Positions 10,770 to 19,864 of a stretch of DNA of 57,432 bases are shown here, piece by piece. A program made the translations under genes and the position numbers. The notes below the pieces were generated by a model, which ran no database searches, was not told where the DNA came from, and worked only from the letters and a program-made list of their open reading frames with translations. Source of the stretch: Arenicellales bacterium (GTDB lineage: Bacteria; Pseudomonadota; Gammaproteobacteria; BMS3Bbin11); NCBI GenBank assembly GCA_048550195.1, contig JBLYYR010000051.1, forward strand, positions 1-57,432. Reading direction: 5' to 3'. How positions within the stretch are numbered: position 1 is the stretch's first letter; each line of letters starts with the position of its first letter.

Positions 10770-11966
10770 TCATGCACTTTCTTTGTTACGAGACCAGGGG
10801 GTAACCAGCAGGCGCTCTTCTGACTGTTCTACGCCAATTTCTTCATCGCTTAGATAACAGGCGGGATCTTCTGCCCAAAAGTTACCGGTCAACTGGTAGG
10901 CACGTACGCGAGTATTGCCGCCACATACATCCAGGTATGTGCACTTACCACAGCGGCCTTGCAATGGTCGAGGGTGAGATTTCAGTCCATCCATCAAGGG
11001 ATCACTTCGGTCCTGCCAGATTTCCGAAAAAGGACGTTCCTTAACATTGCCTAAAGGATAATCCCACCAGAAGGTGTCCGGATGAACAATGCCCAGGTTA
11101 TCAATATTGGAAATGTTTACACCGGATGAGTTGCCGCCCCATTGAGATAATTTAGCTCGCATATGTTCGAGCCTGTCGGGAAAATGTTTTTCTATCCAGT
11201 ATAAGAGATAAACCCCATCGGCATCATTATTTCCGGTTACAAACTCGCGTTCACGTCCTTCTTCAGTATGTTGCCAGCAGGTATCAAACAGTAGATCCAT
11301 GGCTTTGCGGGTAGTTTGATGGACCACATCATCCTTACGGTTCTTGTTGCCACGCCCGGCATAGTTCAGATGAGAAAGATAAAACTTATCAATCTGCTGC
11401 TGCTCCATCAGGTCTAATAATTCCGGCAGCTCATGGGCGTTATCTATGGTAAGGGTAAAACGCATACCAACCTTGATGCCTGCTTCATGACAAAGACGTA
11501 TGCCATGCATGGATTCATCAAAGGCCCCCTGCTTACGGCGGAACCTGTCATGGGTTTCGCGAATGCCATCTATGCTGATGCCGACATAGTCGTAGCCGAT
11601 ATCAGCTATGGCTTCGATATTTGATTCATCGACAAGGGTGCCATTGGTCGACAGGCCAACGTAAAAACCCATTTCCTTTGCACGTCGGGAGATATCAAAT
11701 ATATCTGGACGCAATAACGGCTCACCACCAGATAAAATCAGCACCGGGACCTTAAAGGCCTTCAGGTCATCCATAGTGGCAAATACTTCTTCGGTGGAGA
11801 GCTCGCCCGGAAAATCTTTGTCTGCTGAAATGGAATAGCAATGCTTACAGGTCAGGTTGCAGCGTCTGATCAGGTTCCAGATAACGACGGGGCCGGGTGG
11901 ATTGTGTTTTTCACCAATCGGTGTCGGTTTGCTTAATTCACGCATATATTGGCTGATACGGAACAT
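10770..11966 (-). CDS. nirJ: Heme d1 biosynthesis radical SAM protein NirJ
   Basis: CNLTCKHC radical-SAM cluster motif, a C-terminal Cys-rich SPASM-like region, and position after nirDLGH. Confidence 0.85.
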   Translation of the reverse strand: MFRISQYMRELSKPTPIGEKHNPPGPVVIWNLIRRCNLTCKHCYSISADKDFPGELSTEEVFATMDDLKAFKVPVLILSGGEPLLRPDIFDISRRAKEMGFYVGLSTNGTLVDESNIEAIADIGYDYVGISIDGIRETHDRFRRKQGAFDESMHGIRLCHEAGIKVGMRFTLTIDNAHELPELLDLMEQQQIDKFYLSHLNYAGRGNKNRKDDVVHQTTRKAMDLLFDTCWQHTEEGREREFVTGNNDADGVYLLYWIEKHFPDRLEHMRAKLSQWGGNSSGVNISNIDNLGIVHPDTFWWDYPLGNVKERPFSEIWQDRSDPLMDGLKSHPRPLQGRCGKCTYLDVCGGNTRVRAYQLTGNFWAEDPACYLSDEEIGVEQSEERLLVTPWSRNKESA

Positions 11967-11986
11967 CTTTGACCTCTCAACAAACT

Positions 11987-12523
11987 TTATGATATCAGGC
12001 GCATGCCGGTTTTCTTCAGGATACGCGTACTAAAGAGCACATCATGCCCCCTCTCGTCCTCTTCTAGCAAGTCGGCAATCCTGGATACTAATGTTAATGC
12101 TTCTTCACGAGTATGCGCATGCACCATAGCAAACAGGTTATATGGCCAGCCTGGTAAATAGCGCGGCCGATGGTAACAATGACTGACAAACTCAAGCGCC
12201 CCCACTCGTTTGCCAAGTTCATCAATTCGATCATCAGGCACATCCCAGACCGTCATACCATTGGCTTTATAACCCAGTGCATAATGATTTGGTACAGCGG
12301 CAATACGACGAATAATGCCGGATTGCTGCATATTGTGCATGCGCATTATAACTTCATCTGCGCTAATACCAATGTTTTTGGCAATCTCATCATAGGGTCG
12401 AGATACCAGTGGCAAGCCTGTTTGCGTAATCTGGATAATCCTGCGGTCAGTATCGTCCAGCTGAATATCGCGTCCTGATTCGGGTGCTTGCTTTACTGGT
12501 GAGGTTGCCATAACAGAACTCAT
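11987..12523 (-). CDS. nirH: Siroheme decarboxylase subunit NirH (Lrp/AsnC-like)
   Basis: 178 aa. It is the fourth of four tandem AsnC-like paralogs with an N-terminal HTH plus a WPYNLF-type C-terminal domain. The name follows the nirDLGH order in Pseudomonas. Confidence 0.7.
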   Translation of the reverse strand: MSSVMATSPVKQAPESGRDIQLDDTDRRIIQITQTGLPLVSRPYDEIAKNIGISADEVIMRMHNMQQSGIIRRIAAVPNHYALGYKANGMTVWDVPDDRIDELGKRVGALEFVSHCYHRPRYLPGWPYNLFAMVHAHTREEALTLVSRIADLLEEDERGHDVLFSTRILKKTGMRLIS

Positions 12524-12537
12524 TTCGGACTCATTGG

Positions 12538-12981
12538 TTAAACTGGCAATTGCAAGCCAACAAAATACTCAGCCAGTTTTGGAAAATTATAAACTTTAAG
12601 CCCGGTACGTTGCTCTACATCACGGTTCACCTCATCAATCTGGCCGGGTGTTTCCGTTGCAATAACGTACCACATATTAAATTTATGATCGCGCTGATAA
12701 TTATGCGCCACCTCTGAGTAACTGTTCACCACTTCCGTTACTGTATCAAAGTCTTCTTCAGGAACCTGTATCGCAACAAGGCTGAAAGAACCGCCCATTT
12801 TCTGCGCATCATACATAGGACCAAAACGTGATAATATTTTATTATCAAGCAGGGCCTGCAAGCGGGTAATTAGCTCAGTCTCTGTAATTCCCATTTGGTC
12901 TGCGACGTCTGCATAGGGTTCATTTGATAACGGAAATCCCGATTGCAGTGCATTAATGATTTTTCGATCCAGCTCGTCCAT
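12538..12981 (-). CDS. nirG: Siroheme decarboxylase subunit NirG
   Basis: 147 aa AsnC-like paralog; third in the nirDLGH series. Confidence 0.7.
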   Translation of the reverse strand: MDELDRKIINALQSGFPLSNEPYADVADQMGITETELITRLQALLDNKILSRFGPMYDAQKMGGSFSLVAIQVPEEDFDTVTEVVNSYSEVAHNYQRDHKFNMWYVIATETPGQIDEVNRDVEQRTGLKVYNFPKLAEYFVGLQLPV

Positions 12982-12984
12982 TAT

Positions 12985-13524
12985 TTAATCTGCCATTCCT
13001 GTTTTACGATAGATAGCACCACGTTGCTTAAAGCGTCGTGTGCTAAACAGGACTTTATGGCCAATTTCATTCAAACCACAGCGTTCAACCAGTATTTGAA
13101 CGTTCTCCAGTACATCATCACGATCCTGCCCATGAATCATGGTAAACAGGCTATAAGGCCATTCTGGCAAGCGGCGTGGACGGCGGTAACAGAGAGTCAC
13201 AAAATCGAATTGCCCCATACAGGAACCCAGTTCACTGATAATGTCATCCGGAACATCCCACACGACCATGGCATTAGCACGGTAACCGAGTTCATGATGA
13301 CGCACCACCACACCAAAACGCTTGATGACGTTGTCTTCAATGAGACCTTTGAGGCGTTTAATGACTTCTTCTTCATCCATACCCAGGCTTTTGCCGAGAT
13401 CCGCATAAGGTGTTTTGCTGATCGGCAGGCCGGTCTGGATCAATGTAATCAGATCCTGATCACGCTCATCCAGAATAGCCTGCTCGGGCAAAGGAGGATG
13501 ACGATGCCGGACCTTCATGTCCAT
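12985..13524 (-). CDS. nirL: Siroheme decarboxylase subunit NirL
   Basis: 179 aa AsnC-like paralog, second in the series. It overlaps nirD by 10 nt. Confidence 0.7.
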   Translation of the reverse strand: MDMKVRHRHPPLPEQAILDERDQDLITLIQTGLPISKTPYADLGKSLGMDEEEVIKRLKGLIEDNVIKRFGVVVRHHELGYRANAMVVWDVPDDIISELGSCMGQFDFVTLCYRRPRRLPEWPYSLFTMIHGQDRDDVLENVQILVERCGLNEIGHKVLFSTRRFKQRGAIYRKTGMAD

Positions 13525-14009
13525 TTCAAATCAAACCCGAGATCTATGTGAAAATCTTCCTGCATGGGTAAGTACATAACAGGTAGACTGCTGCGATGTT
13601 CAATTTCATCGAGCACAACATTTAATGCCTGCTCATCACAGGTTGTTACCACAAACCACAGATTGAAATGATGCTCACGCTGGTAGTTGTGGTTAACTTC
13701 GCTATAGCTGCTTATCATCGCTGCGACTTCTTCCAGCCTGTCCTCCGGAACTGACATGGCCGCCAACGTGCTGGCCCCTATACTGTTGGCTCGAAACACT
13801 GCTCCGACACGGGAAACCACCCCTTTATCCTGCAGCTCCTGCAAACGCCCCATCACAACATCCTCAGTAGTTCCGAGCCTGTCTGCTATCTTTTTAAAAG
13901 GCCGTGTTTCTAACGGAAACCCGTACTGGAAATCATTAAGTAAATGCTTATCCAGCTCTCCTGGTGTATCTGCTTTCAGGTCGTTCATATCTGTACTAAT
14001 TTGCGACAT
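13515..14009 (-). CDS. nirD: Siroheme decarboxylase subunit NirD
   Basis: 164 aa AsnC-like paralog; first in the series, downstream of nirF. Confidence 0.7.
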   Translation of the reverse strand: MSQISTDMNDLKADTPGELDKHLLNDFQYGFPLETRPFKKIADRLGTTEDVVMGRLQELQDKGVVSRVGAVFRANSIGASTLAAMSVPEDRLEEVAAMISSYSEVNHNYQREHHFNLWFVVTTCDEQALNVVLDEIEHRSSLPVMYLPMQEDFHIDLGFDLKWT

Positions 14010-14024
14010 AAAATTAACCCACCA

Positions 14025-15200
14025 TTACAGGCCAGTTCGATGAGCACGGCTGGTAAAAAATATACCACTGGGCTTATTCATCGGCATGGTCGTGATTGCC
14101 TTAAAACTCTCTGTGTCGTAAACCGTTACCTTTCCAGCATCTCGCGCAGAAATCCAGACATGTTCACCGCGTGGTGTAAACTCCATATGCAGGACAGCCT
14201 TACCCGGCTTGAGTGTCTCTGCGACCTGTAATGTCTCTGTATCTAATACCTGAACCGTATCATTGCGTGGAAAGGCAAAATTAACCCAAACCTGTCTGCC
14301 ATCAGGACGAGCCATAACAAACACTGGCTGTCCGTGTACCGGTATTGAAGCGAGTTGCTTCCAGCTGCGACGATCTACCACCAACACTTCGTTTCGCCCG
14401 ACCGCCGGCAAAAAAGCGTAGTCTTCCGTCATCGCCCAGCCTTCCAGGTGAGGCATTTTATAAACAGGCATTTTCTTTGACCCACGCCCGTAATCATTCA
14501 ATATACTTTTAACACCCTTTTCCAGATGCCATAAATCCAGCAGTGCGAGGCCATCTTCACCAAATAACCCTGCAATATAGTAACGGCCATCTGGAGTAAT
14601 CAGGCCATCATAGGGCTGCTTGCCAATACCCTTGAATCGGGTAACATCGGGTGCATCGCCCTGACTGAAGTCAGCGATCCATATTTCACCCGCATCATAC
14701 AGTGAAAAGACAAATTTCTGGCCCGGTGCGTCGACCAGCCCCACCACCTTGGATTGCTGCTTGTCCTCACCGTATAATGCAGGAATATCCGCGACCAGCT
14801 GCAAAGTCTCTGCATCAAAGACCTTGACACCACCAGGCGTGTAGTTGGAAACAGCGACCAGTTTTCCATCCTGTGAAATCGCACCTCCAATACTATTGCC
14901 CGACTGGATAATTCTTTTATCAATCTTTGCCGTCAGAAGATCAATTTTCGTCAATCCACCGTCACGGCCGAACACATAAGCAAAACGTTCATCTCGCGAA
15001 AATACTATCGATGCATGCGACAGGTCGCCCAGACCATCCACCTGATTTAGTTTCGTCTGTTGCGTGGTTTCTATGATTTGAACACTGCCTGTAGCACGTT
15101 CAATAACAACACCCATGTCACCGGTGCCACGCAATGTATGGCAACCGCTCAGAAAGACCAGCAGGAATATAGCAAAGAGTGTGTTGACAGGTATCTTCAT
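14025..15200 (-). CDS. nirF: Heme d1 biosynthesis protein NirF (d1-type beta-propeller lipoprotein)
   Basis: 391 aa with a LSGC lipobox. It is a paralog of the NirS/NirN d1 domain (C-terminal PSGIFF versus PTGKFN / PSGKYN) and lacks a cytochrome c domain. Confidence 0.8.
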   Translation of the reverse strand: MKIPVNTLFAIFLLVFLSGCHTLRGTGDMGVVIERATGSVQIIETTQQTKLNQVDGLGDLSHASIVFSRDERFAYVFGRDGGLTKIDLLTAKIDKRIIQSGNSIGGAISQDGKLVAVSNYTPGGVKVFDAETLQLVADIPALYGEDKQQSKVVGLVDAPGQKFVFSLYDAGEIWIADFSQGDAPDVTRFKGIGKQPYDGLITPDGRYYIAGLFGEDGLALLDLWHLEKGVKSILNDYGRGSKKMPVYKMPHLEGWAMTEDYAFLPAVGRNEVLVVDRRSWKQLASIPVHGQPVFVMARPDGRQVWVNFAFPRNDTVQVLDTETLQVAETLKPGKAVLHMEFTPRGEHVWISARDAGKVTVYDTESFKAITTMPMNKPSGIFFTSRAHRTGL

Positions 15201-15562
15201 TGTTTGATTCCAGTATACAAGGTATCGACCAGCCAGCGTATTTCATCCTGGCTTAGAATACCTTTCCACGGTGGCATTGGTGTTCCACTGCGCCCCTCAC
15301 GAATAGTAAGCTCGATGAATTCACGAGGTTTGTCTTTCAATGCTTCTGGCGTCAAAGCAGGCCCCAGTCCTCCTTTCAAAGTCATGCCATGACAGGAGCC
15401 GCAATCCTGCAGCAGGAGATCACGTAACTCGGCACGTCGCTGCTCAGACAGCATTGCTGATAAGGCTTGTGTTGCATAAACAGAGTGAGACAATAACATC
15501 AATCCGGCGTATAAAAAAATGCTAATAAAAACTGTTCGCCACTGTCCCCGTATCCTAACCAT
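15197..15562 (-). CDS. nirC: Monoheme c-type cytochrome NirC
   Basis: ATG at 15562 gives a signal peptide. There is a single CGSCH heme motif. It has a 4-nt ATGA overlap with nirF and overlaps the end of nirE. Confidence 0.7.
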   Translation of the reverse strand: MVRIRGQWRTVFISIFLYAGLMLLSHSVYATQALSAMLSEQRRAELRDLLLQDCGSCHGMTLKGGLGPALTPEALKDKPREFIELTIREGRSGTPMPPWKGILSQDEIRWLVDTLYTGIKQ

Positions 15563-16355
15563 AAGAAATTTTTTCTTTTTCAGTAAAACCTTGCCCAACC
15601 TCGTCTTCAGCAGCAAACCAGTGCAGTTGATTCGCCAGACTAACCACCTTGCCTATAACAAAAATCACCGGTGCCTGCAGTTTTTCTGTATACGTATCTT
15701 GTGCAAGATTAGCTAATGTTGTCAGTACGCGCCGCTGTTGATCACTGGTGCCATTTTCAATTGCTGCGGCAGGAATATTCTCATCAAGGCCAGCCTCAAT
15801 GAGTTTACATGCAATCAAATCAATATTGGCTAACCCCATATAAATTACCAGTGTTGAATCAGGGTCAGCGATAGATTGCCAGTTGAGATCAAGCGGTTTG
15901 TCATCATTAAAATGTCCAGTAATAAACTGTACTCTGCGGCTCATGCCACGATGCGTTAACGGGATACCACTGTAAGCGCTACAGCCTGATGCCGCTGAAA
16001 TGCCAGGCACTATTTCAAAAGCTATCTGGTGTTTTATTAGTGTCAGAGCTTCTTCACCACCACGCCCGAACATGTAAGGGTCCCCGCCTTTGAGACGCAC
16101 GACATGACGCCCCCGCTTCGTCAGACAGACGATGGTTTCGTTTATTTTTTCCTGCGGCACACAGTGCCTGCCTACTTCCTTTCCTACGGAAATACGGCTG
16201 ACACCGGAGGGAATAAGGCCGAGAATATCAGCCGAGACAAGTCTATCATAAACGACGACATCTGCTTGCTGAAGCAAGCGGACTGCTTTGACTGTCATGA
16301 GTTCTACATCACCAGGCCCTGCTCCAACCAGTGATACAAAGCCTGTCTTTCTCAT
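15555..16355 (-). CDS. nirE: Uroporphyrinogen-III C-methyltransferase (NirE/CobA type)
   Basis: VSLVGAGPGDVELMTVKA SUMT motif. ATG at 16355 (the listed start at 16358 is TTG). Confidence 0.85.
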   Translation of the reverse strand: MRKTGFVSLVGAGPGDVELMTVKAVRLLQQADVVVYDRLVSADILGLIPSGVSRISVGKEVGRHCVPQEKINETIVCLTKRGRHVVRLKGGDPYMFGRGGEEALTLIKHQIAFEIVPGISAASGCSAYSGIPLTHRGMSRRVQFITGHFNDDKPLDLNWQSIADPDSTLVIYMGLANIDLIACKLIEAGLDENIPAAAIENGTSDQQRRVLTTLANLAQDTYTEKLQAPVIFVIGKVVSLANQLHWFAAEDEVGQGFTEKEKISYG

Positions 16356-16456
16356 CAATAACCGCCTCTAGTGGTAATAATTGCTTATTTGTGTGTTTAT
16401 CACAGTCAAAAAAGTTTAATTTGTGATGATGATGTCTTTATTGGGTCTATATGACA

Positions 16457-16470
16457 TTGACTTAGGTCAA
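16457..16470. promoter_or_regulatory. FNR/DNR-type palindrome TTGAC-TTAG-GTCAA
   Basis: Perfect 5+4+5 palindrome about 100 nt upstream of nirE, in the divergent nirE/hemerythrin intergenic region. It matches 8 of 10 positions of TTGAT-N4-ATCAA. Confidence 0.5.
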
Positions 16471-16585
16471 ACTATAGCAACTTTGCCCTCGAGAATAGTG
16501 TGGAATTATAAAAAAAACAGCAGCTTACAGTAATTTATCATGGCATTTCTTTCAAATCTCGTGAACAGCAGGTTTTGCTGTAAAT

Positions 16586-16599
16586 TTGATGTAGATCAT
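16586..16599. promoter_or_regulatory. FNR/DNR-type box TTGAT-GTAG-ATCAT
   Basis: 9 of 10 match to TTGAT-N4-ATCAA, about 113 nt upstream of the hemerythrin ATG at 16712. Confidence 0.5.
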
Positions 16600-16711
16600 T
16601 TCAGTTCGCAATTGTCATTGTTTATAATGTAAAGTATTAATTGATATTTTATATTTCCTGACACCATGACAGCACTGCCTTCAATAAATTGTTAAAAAAA
16701 GGAAAACACAC

Positions 16712-17296
16712 ATGACTAACAAAATTTGCAGTTCTAAACAGCTATGCATGTTCGGCGTTGCACTGCTTATTTTGATGCTAGTCATAGGACTAGTATTGGG
16801 GATCATGGCGGGACCAGGCAGTCCGTTGACCTGGCTGCTGGTCGCTGCATTACTAGGGATACCGTTTATTCACAGGAAGCTGACAGCGAAGCGTTTCTTT
16901 ACCTGGAAAGACGAATACAGCGTTGGAATCGATTCCATTGATCAGCAGCATAAAAAGCTTCTGGGTTTGATTAATCAACTGCAGACGGCTGTAGATTACT
17001 CAACAGGTGAAGAATTTGAGCGTGAGACACTGGACGAGCTGGTCGCTTATACGAAAGACCATTTCAGTTTTGAAGAAGGCTTGATGGAGAAAAATGGTTA
17101 TCCTGATTATGAGCCGCATAAAGCCCAGCATGCAGCGATGATTGAAAAGGTTGGTGAGGTGCTGGCTGAGTATGACAAGGATCCTGACACAGCAATGAGT
17201 AATGCAGTTGAATATCTCCAGAACTGGTTGATCAACCACATCAATGGCACTGACAAGCAGTACAGCAGTTTTCTAATTGATAAAGGCGTGAAGTAA
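16712..17296 (+). CDS. Membrane-anchored bacteriohemerythrin
   Basis: Two N-terminal hydrophobic helices are followed by a hemerythrin domain (WKDEYSVGIDSIDQQHKKL, HFSFEE, HKAQH, WLINHINGTD). AAGGAAA Shine-Dalgarno sequence. Confidence 0.8.
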   Translation: MTNKICSSKQLCMFGVALLILMLVIGLVLGIMAGPGSPLTWLLVAALLGIPFIHRKLTAKRFFTWKDEYSVGIDSIDQQHKKLLGLINQLQTAVDYSTGEEFERETLDELVAYTKDHFSFEEGLMEKNGYPDYEPHKAQHAAMIEKVGEVLAEYDKDPDTAMSNAVEYLQNWLINHINGTDKQYSSFLIDKGVK

Positions 17297-17376
17297 GTTA
17301 ATTGTTGTCATGCCAGGGCTGGAAGTCAACAGACTCGAGCCAAAACTAAATTCGTAAAGGTTTTTTTACCAGAAAC

Positions 17377-18222
17377 TTGAAACGTATCCCTACTCTTCTA
17401 CTGCTAGCGTTAATCATCGGCATTCCGATGAAACTCATCGCTGCAGATTCCCGGGTCAGTCTCAACTCTCCTCCGGCCTCACTGGAAGAATGGTATAAGC
17501 CAGCCAATAAACGCCAGGTATGGTTACACACTATGTTTCGACTCCGTCGTGAAATGCAGGCCATTGGCGAATATGCCAAAGTGAATGATCACGATGCGAT
17601 GGAAAAATGGATAAAGCGTCTTGAAAAAGATTACAACAAGATCACCGACATGGTGCCTGAGTGGGAAAAAAAAATAAAACCCAGACTTTTGTCCGATCTC
17701 GAGACGTTTTCAGAGAAAGGAGATACTAATCGCCTGGAAAAAACCCTGGATATGATTCAACGTACCTGTGACGATTGTCATGACAGTTACCAACCACTGG
17801 TAACCGCGCTCTACCGTTCACCGGATTATGATGAAATCAAGGTGAATAACCTTGATGGAAAAAAACAGAATTATGTAGACAACATGGAAGCGCTGTCCAA
17901 ATCAGTAAACCGAATCCTGATCGCTCTGGATGATGGCCACCAGCCAGTTGCGCTGCAGGCCACCCAGGACCTGGCCAGCCAACTGCAAAATCTCGGTGAC
18001 AGCTGCAGCAGTTGCCATAAAGAAGACAAGTACCCACACGAGCGCATACTGGGGATGGCTACCCGGCAACGTTTTGAGACACTCCAGACAAGCATCAGTG
18101 AAGGACGTGTGAAAGACAGCCAGAAACTAATGGGTGAAATCGCAGTCACCGTGTGTGCACGTTGTCACAATACGCACCGTATCGTGAATGATTTACGCAA
18201 GTCATTGATGCCTGAAAAATAA
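17377..18222 (+). CDS. Periplasmic all-helical c-type cytochrome with three CXXCH motifs
   Basis: The TTG start gives the signal peptide KRIPTLLLLALIIGIPMKLIA. Heme motifs are CDDCH, CSSCH and CARCH, each at the end of a predicted helical stretch in a cytochrome c-prime-like arrangement. I recognise no named family. Confidence 0.65.
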   Translation: MKRIPTLLLLALIIGIPMKLIAADSRVSLNSPPASLEEWYKPANKRQVWLHTMFRLRREMQAIGEYAKVNDHDAMEKWIKRLEKDYNKITDMVPEWEKKIKPRLLSDLETFSEKGDTNRLEKTLDMIQRTCDDCHDSYQPLVTALYRSPDYDEIKVNNLDGKKQNYVDNMEALSKSVNRILIALDDGHQPVALQATQDLASQLQNLGDSCSSCHKEDKYPHERILGMATRQRFETLQTSISEGRVKDSQKLMGEIAVTVCARCHNTHRIVNDLRKSLMPEK

Positions 18223-18239
18223 AATCCTTCGTCCAGTAT

Positions 18240-19835
18240 TCAATGACTAGTCCCTTCTAAATATCGCGTCTTGTTGTAAACATTATACTTCCCTGACGGC
18301 TTGTTCATAGGCAGGCGTTTTATTTCTTCCAGCGTTGCCGCATCGTACACGATCACAGCACCATCCGGATCCCAGATACTGAGTAGTGCGTATTTTCCAT
18401 CACGGGTAAATTCAACATGGGCGGCCGTTTTCCCCGGTGCAGGACGCAGGGTCCTGACGATTTCAAGAGTACGTTTGTCGATCACATGCATTACATCCTT
18501 GTTGGGACCGAAAAATACATCCACCCACGCAAAGGGTGTATTTTTGTGGCTACGCATGAAAAAGCCGGGGCCCAGCGTTTTTATTTGCTTAATCGTTTTC
18601 CAGCTTTCCATATCTATCACACTGACATCACCTTTTTTAAGATTGGGGGTCGCCAGCACCTGTTTGCCTTTGTACTCAAAGGTGATTCCTGAGCCAAGGT
18701 GTGGCATGCCCGGTAGCTCCAGGTCGGGGACAATGACTCTGCCTACATCCATATCAACCACCTGCCCTTTGCCTTCGCGAGATGCGCCTATCAGCGATAC
18801 ATATTCCTGATCGAAGAAGAAATCATCCAGATAATCGTCAACACTGATACGCCTTACCGGGAATGGCTCAAGTTTTGTGTTTTCACCAGAGTCCGCGCGA
18901 TAATCATGCATCCACATACCAAAGCCCATAGGCGGTTCATCTTCGTATGAGATTTCCCACAGCTCGGGAATATCTTTGAGCGCGGCGATAAAACTGTTAC
19001 GTGGCGGAGCAGTGTAAACCGCACTGACGCGGGATGATTTGCCGTCAGCATCTTTGACTTCGTAAAGCTTGATAGGGCTCAGGTCTTTTGCATCGAGCAA
19101 TACCAGTGTGTGCGGCAGGTAGTTGGCGATCATAACGTACCGACCATCAGCCGATACCGCCTGGTTGCGGGTATTGATGCCGGCGCGAACTTCGGCGACC
19201 AGTTTCAGATTATAGATATCATACTTGCTGATCCAGCCGTCACGTGAGGCAAAATAAACGAAGCGGCCATCTGGTGAATACTTGGGGCCGCCGTGTAATG
19301 CAAAACGTGATTTAAAACGGTGTATCGGTTCAAACTTGTCGCCATCAAGCAGGGTGACATGGTGATCACCCAGTTCCACAACCAGGAACAGGTTGAGCAG
19401 GTCGTCCACTTTAAAAACAGGCTTATCGGATAAATCACTTTCCCTGTTATGAATGATATGGCTGGCCCTGATTTGCTCCATGCCCCAGACGGGCGTTTGC
19501 TTTAGTGGGGTATAAACATAGTCAACCAGCGACTGAATTTCTTCGTCACTCAACTTTTCTTTGAAAGCAGGCATTTGCGTCGCTAGCCGGCCATTACTGA
19601 TTACATCGATAGCGGCCTTCTTACGAAGGCGCTTAAGGTTTTCCGGCAGCAATGCTGGCCCCATGCCGCCCAGCCGATGTTCATTGTGGCATTCTGCACA
19701 ATTATCTTTATACAGTTTTACTGTATCTGCCTGTATAACGGTCGGGTTTGCAGGGGTTGCTGAAAATGAGGGATTAATGATGCAGAGTAATAAACCGAGT
19801 GCAGTGATTTTTAGTAAAACAGGTTTGGCTGGCAT
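18240..19835 (-). CDS. nirN: NirN-type cytochrome c / d1 beta-propeller protein (dihydro-heme d1 dehydrogenase)
   Basis: 531 aa with a signal peptide, an N-terminal CAECH cytochrome c domain and a d1-type propeller. It is a paralog of NirS and lies within the nir cluster. Confidence 0.75.
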   Translation of the reverse strand: MPAKPVLLKITALGLLLCIINPSFSATPANPTVIQADTVKLYKDNCAECHNEHRLGGMGPALLPENLKRLRKKAAIDVISNGRLATQMPAFKEKLSDEEIQSLVDYVYTPLKQTPVWGMEQIRASHIIHNRESDLSDKPVFKVDDLLNLFLVVELGDHHVTLLDGDKFEPIHRFKSRFALHGGPKYSPDGRFVYFASRDGWISKYDIYNLKLVAEVRAGINTRNQAVSADGRYVMIANYLPHTLVLLDAKDLSPIKLYEVKDADGKSSRVSAVYTAPPRNSFIAALKDIPELWEISYEDEPPMGFGMWMHDYRADSGENTKLEPFPVRRISVDDYLDDFFFDQEYVSLIGASREGKGQVVDMDVGRVIVPDLELPGMPHLGSGITFEYKGKQVLATPNLKKGDVSVIDMESWKTIKQIKTLGPGFFMRSHKNTPFAWVDVFFGPNKDVMHVIDKRTLEIVRTLRPAPGKTAAHVEFTRDGKYALLSIWDPDGAVIVYDAATLEEIKRLPMNKPSGKYNVYNKTRYLEGTSH

Positions 19836-19864
19836 GAATGCTCTCTTCTATCCGCAGTGTGGGG

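Noticed and set aside
12943-13551. 202-aa plus-strand ORF across nirL/nirG
   Set aside because: It is antisense to two well-supported AsnC-like nir genes and spans their junction. It has no motifs.
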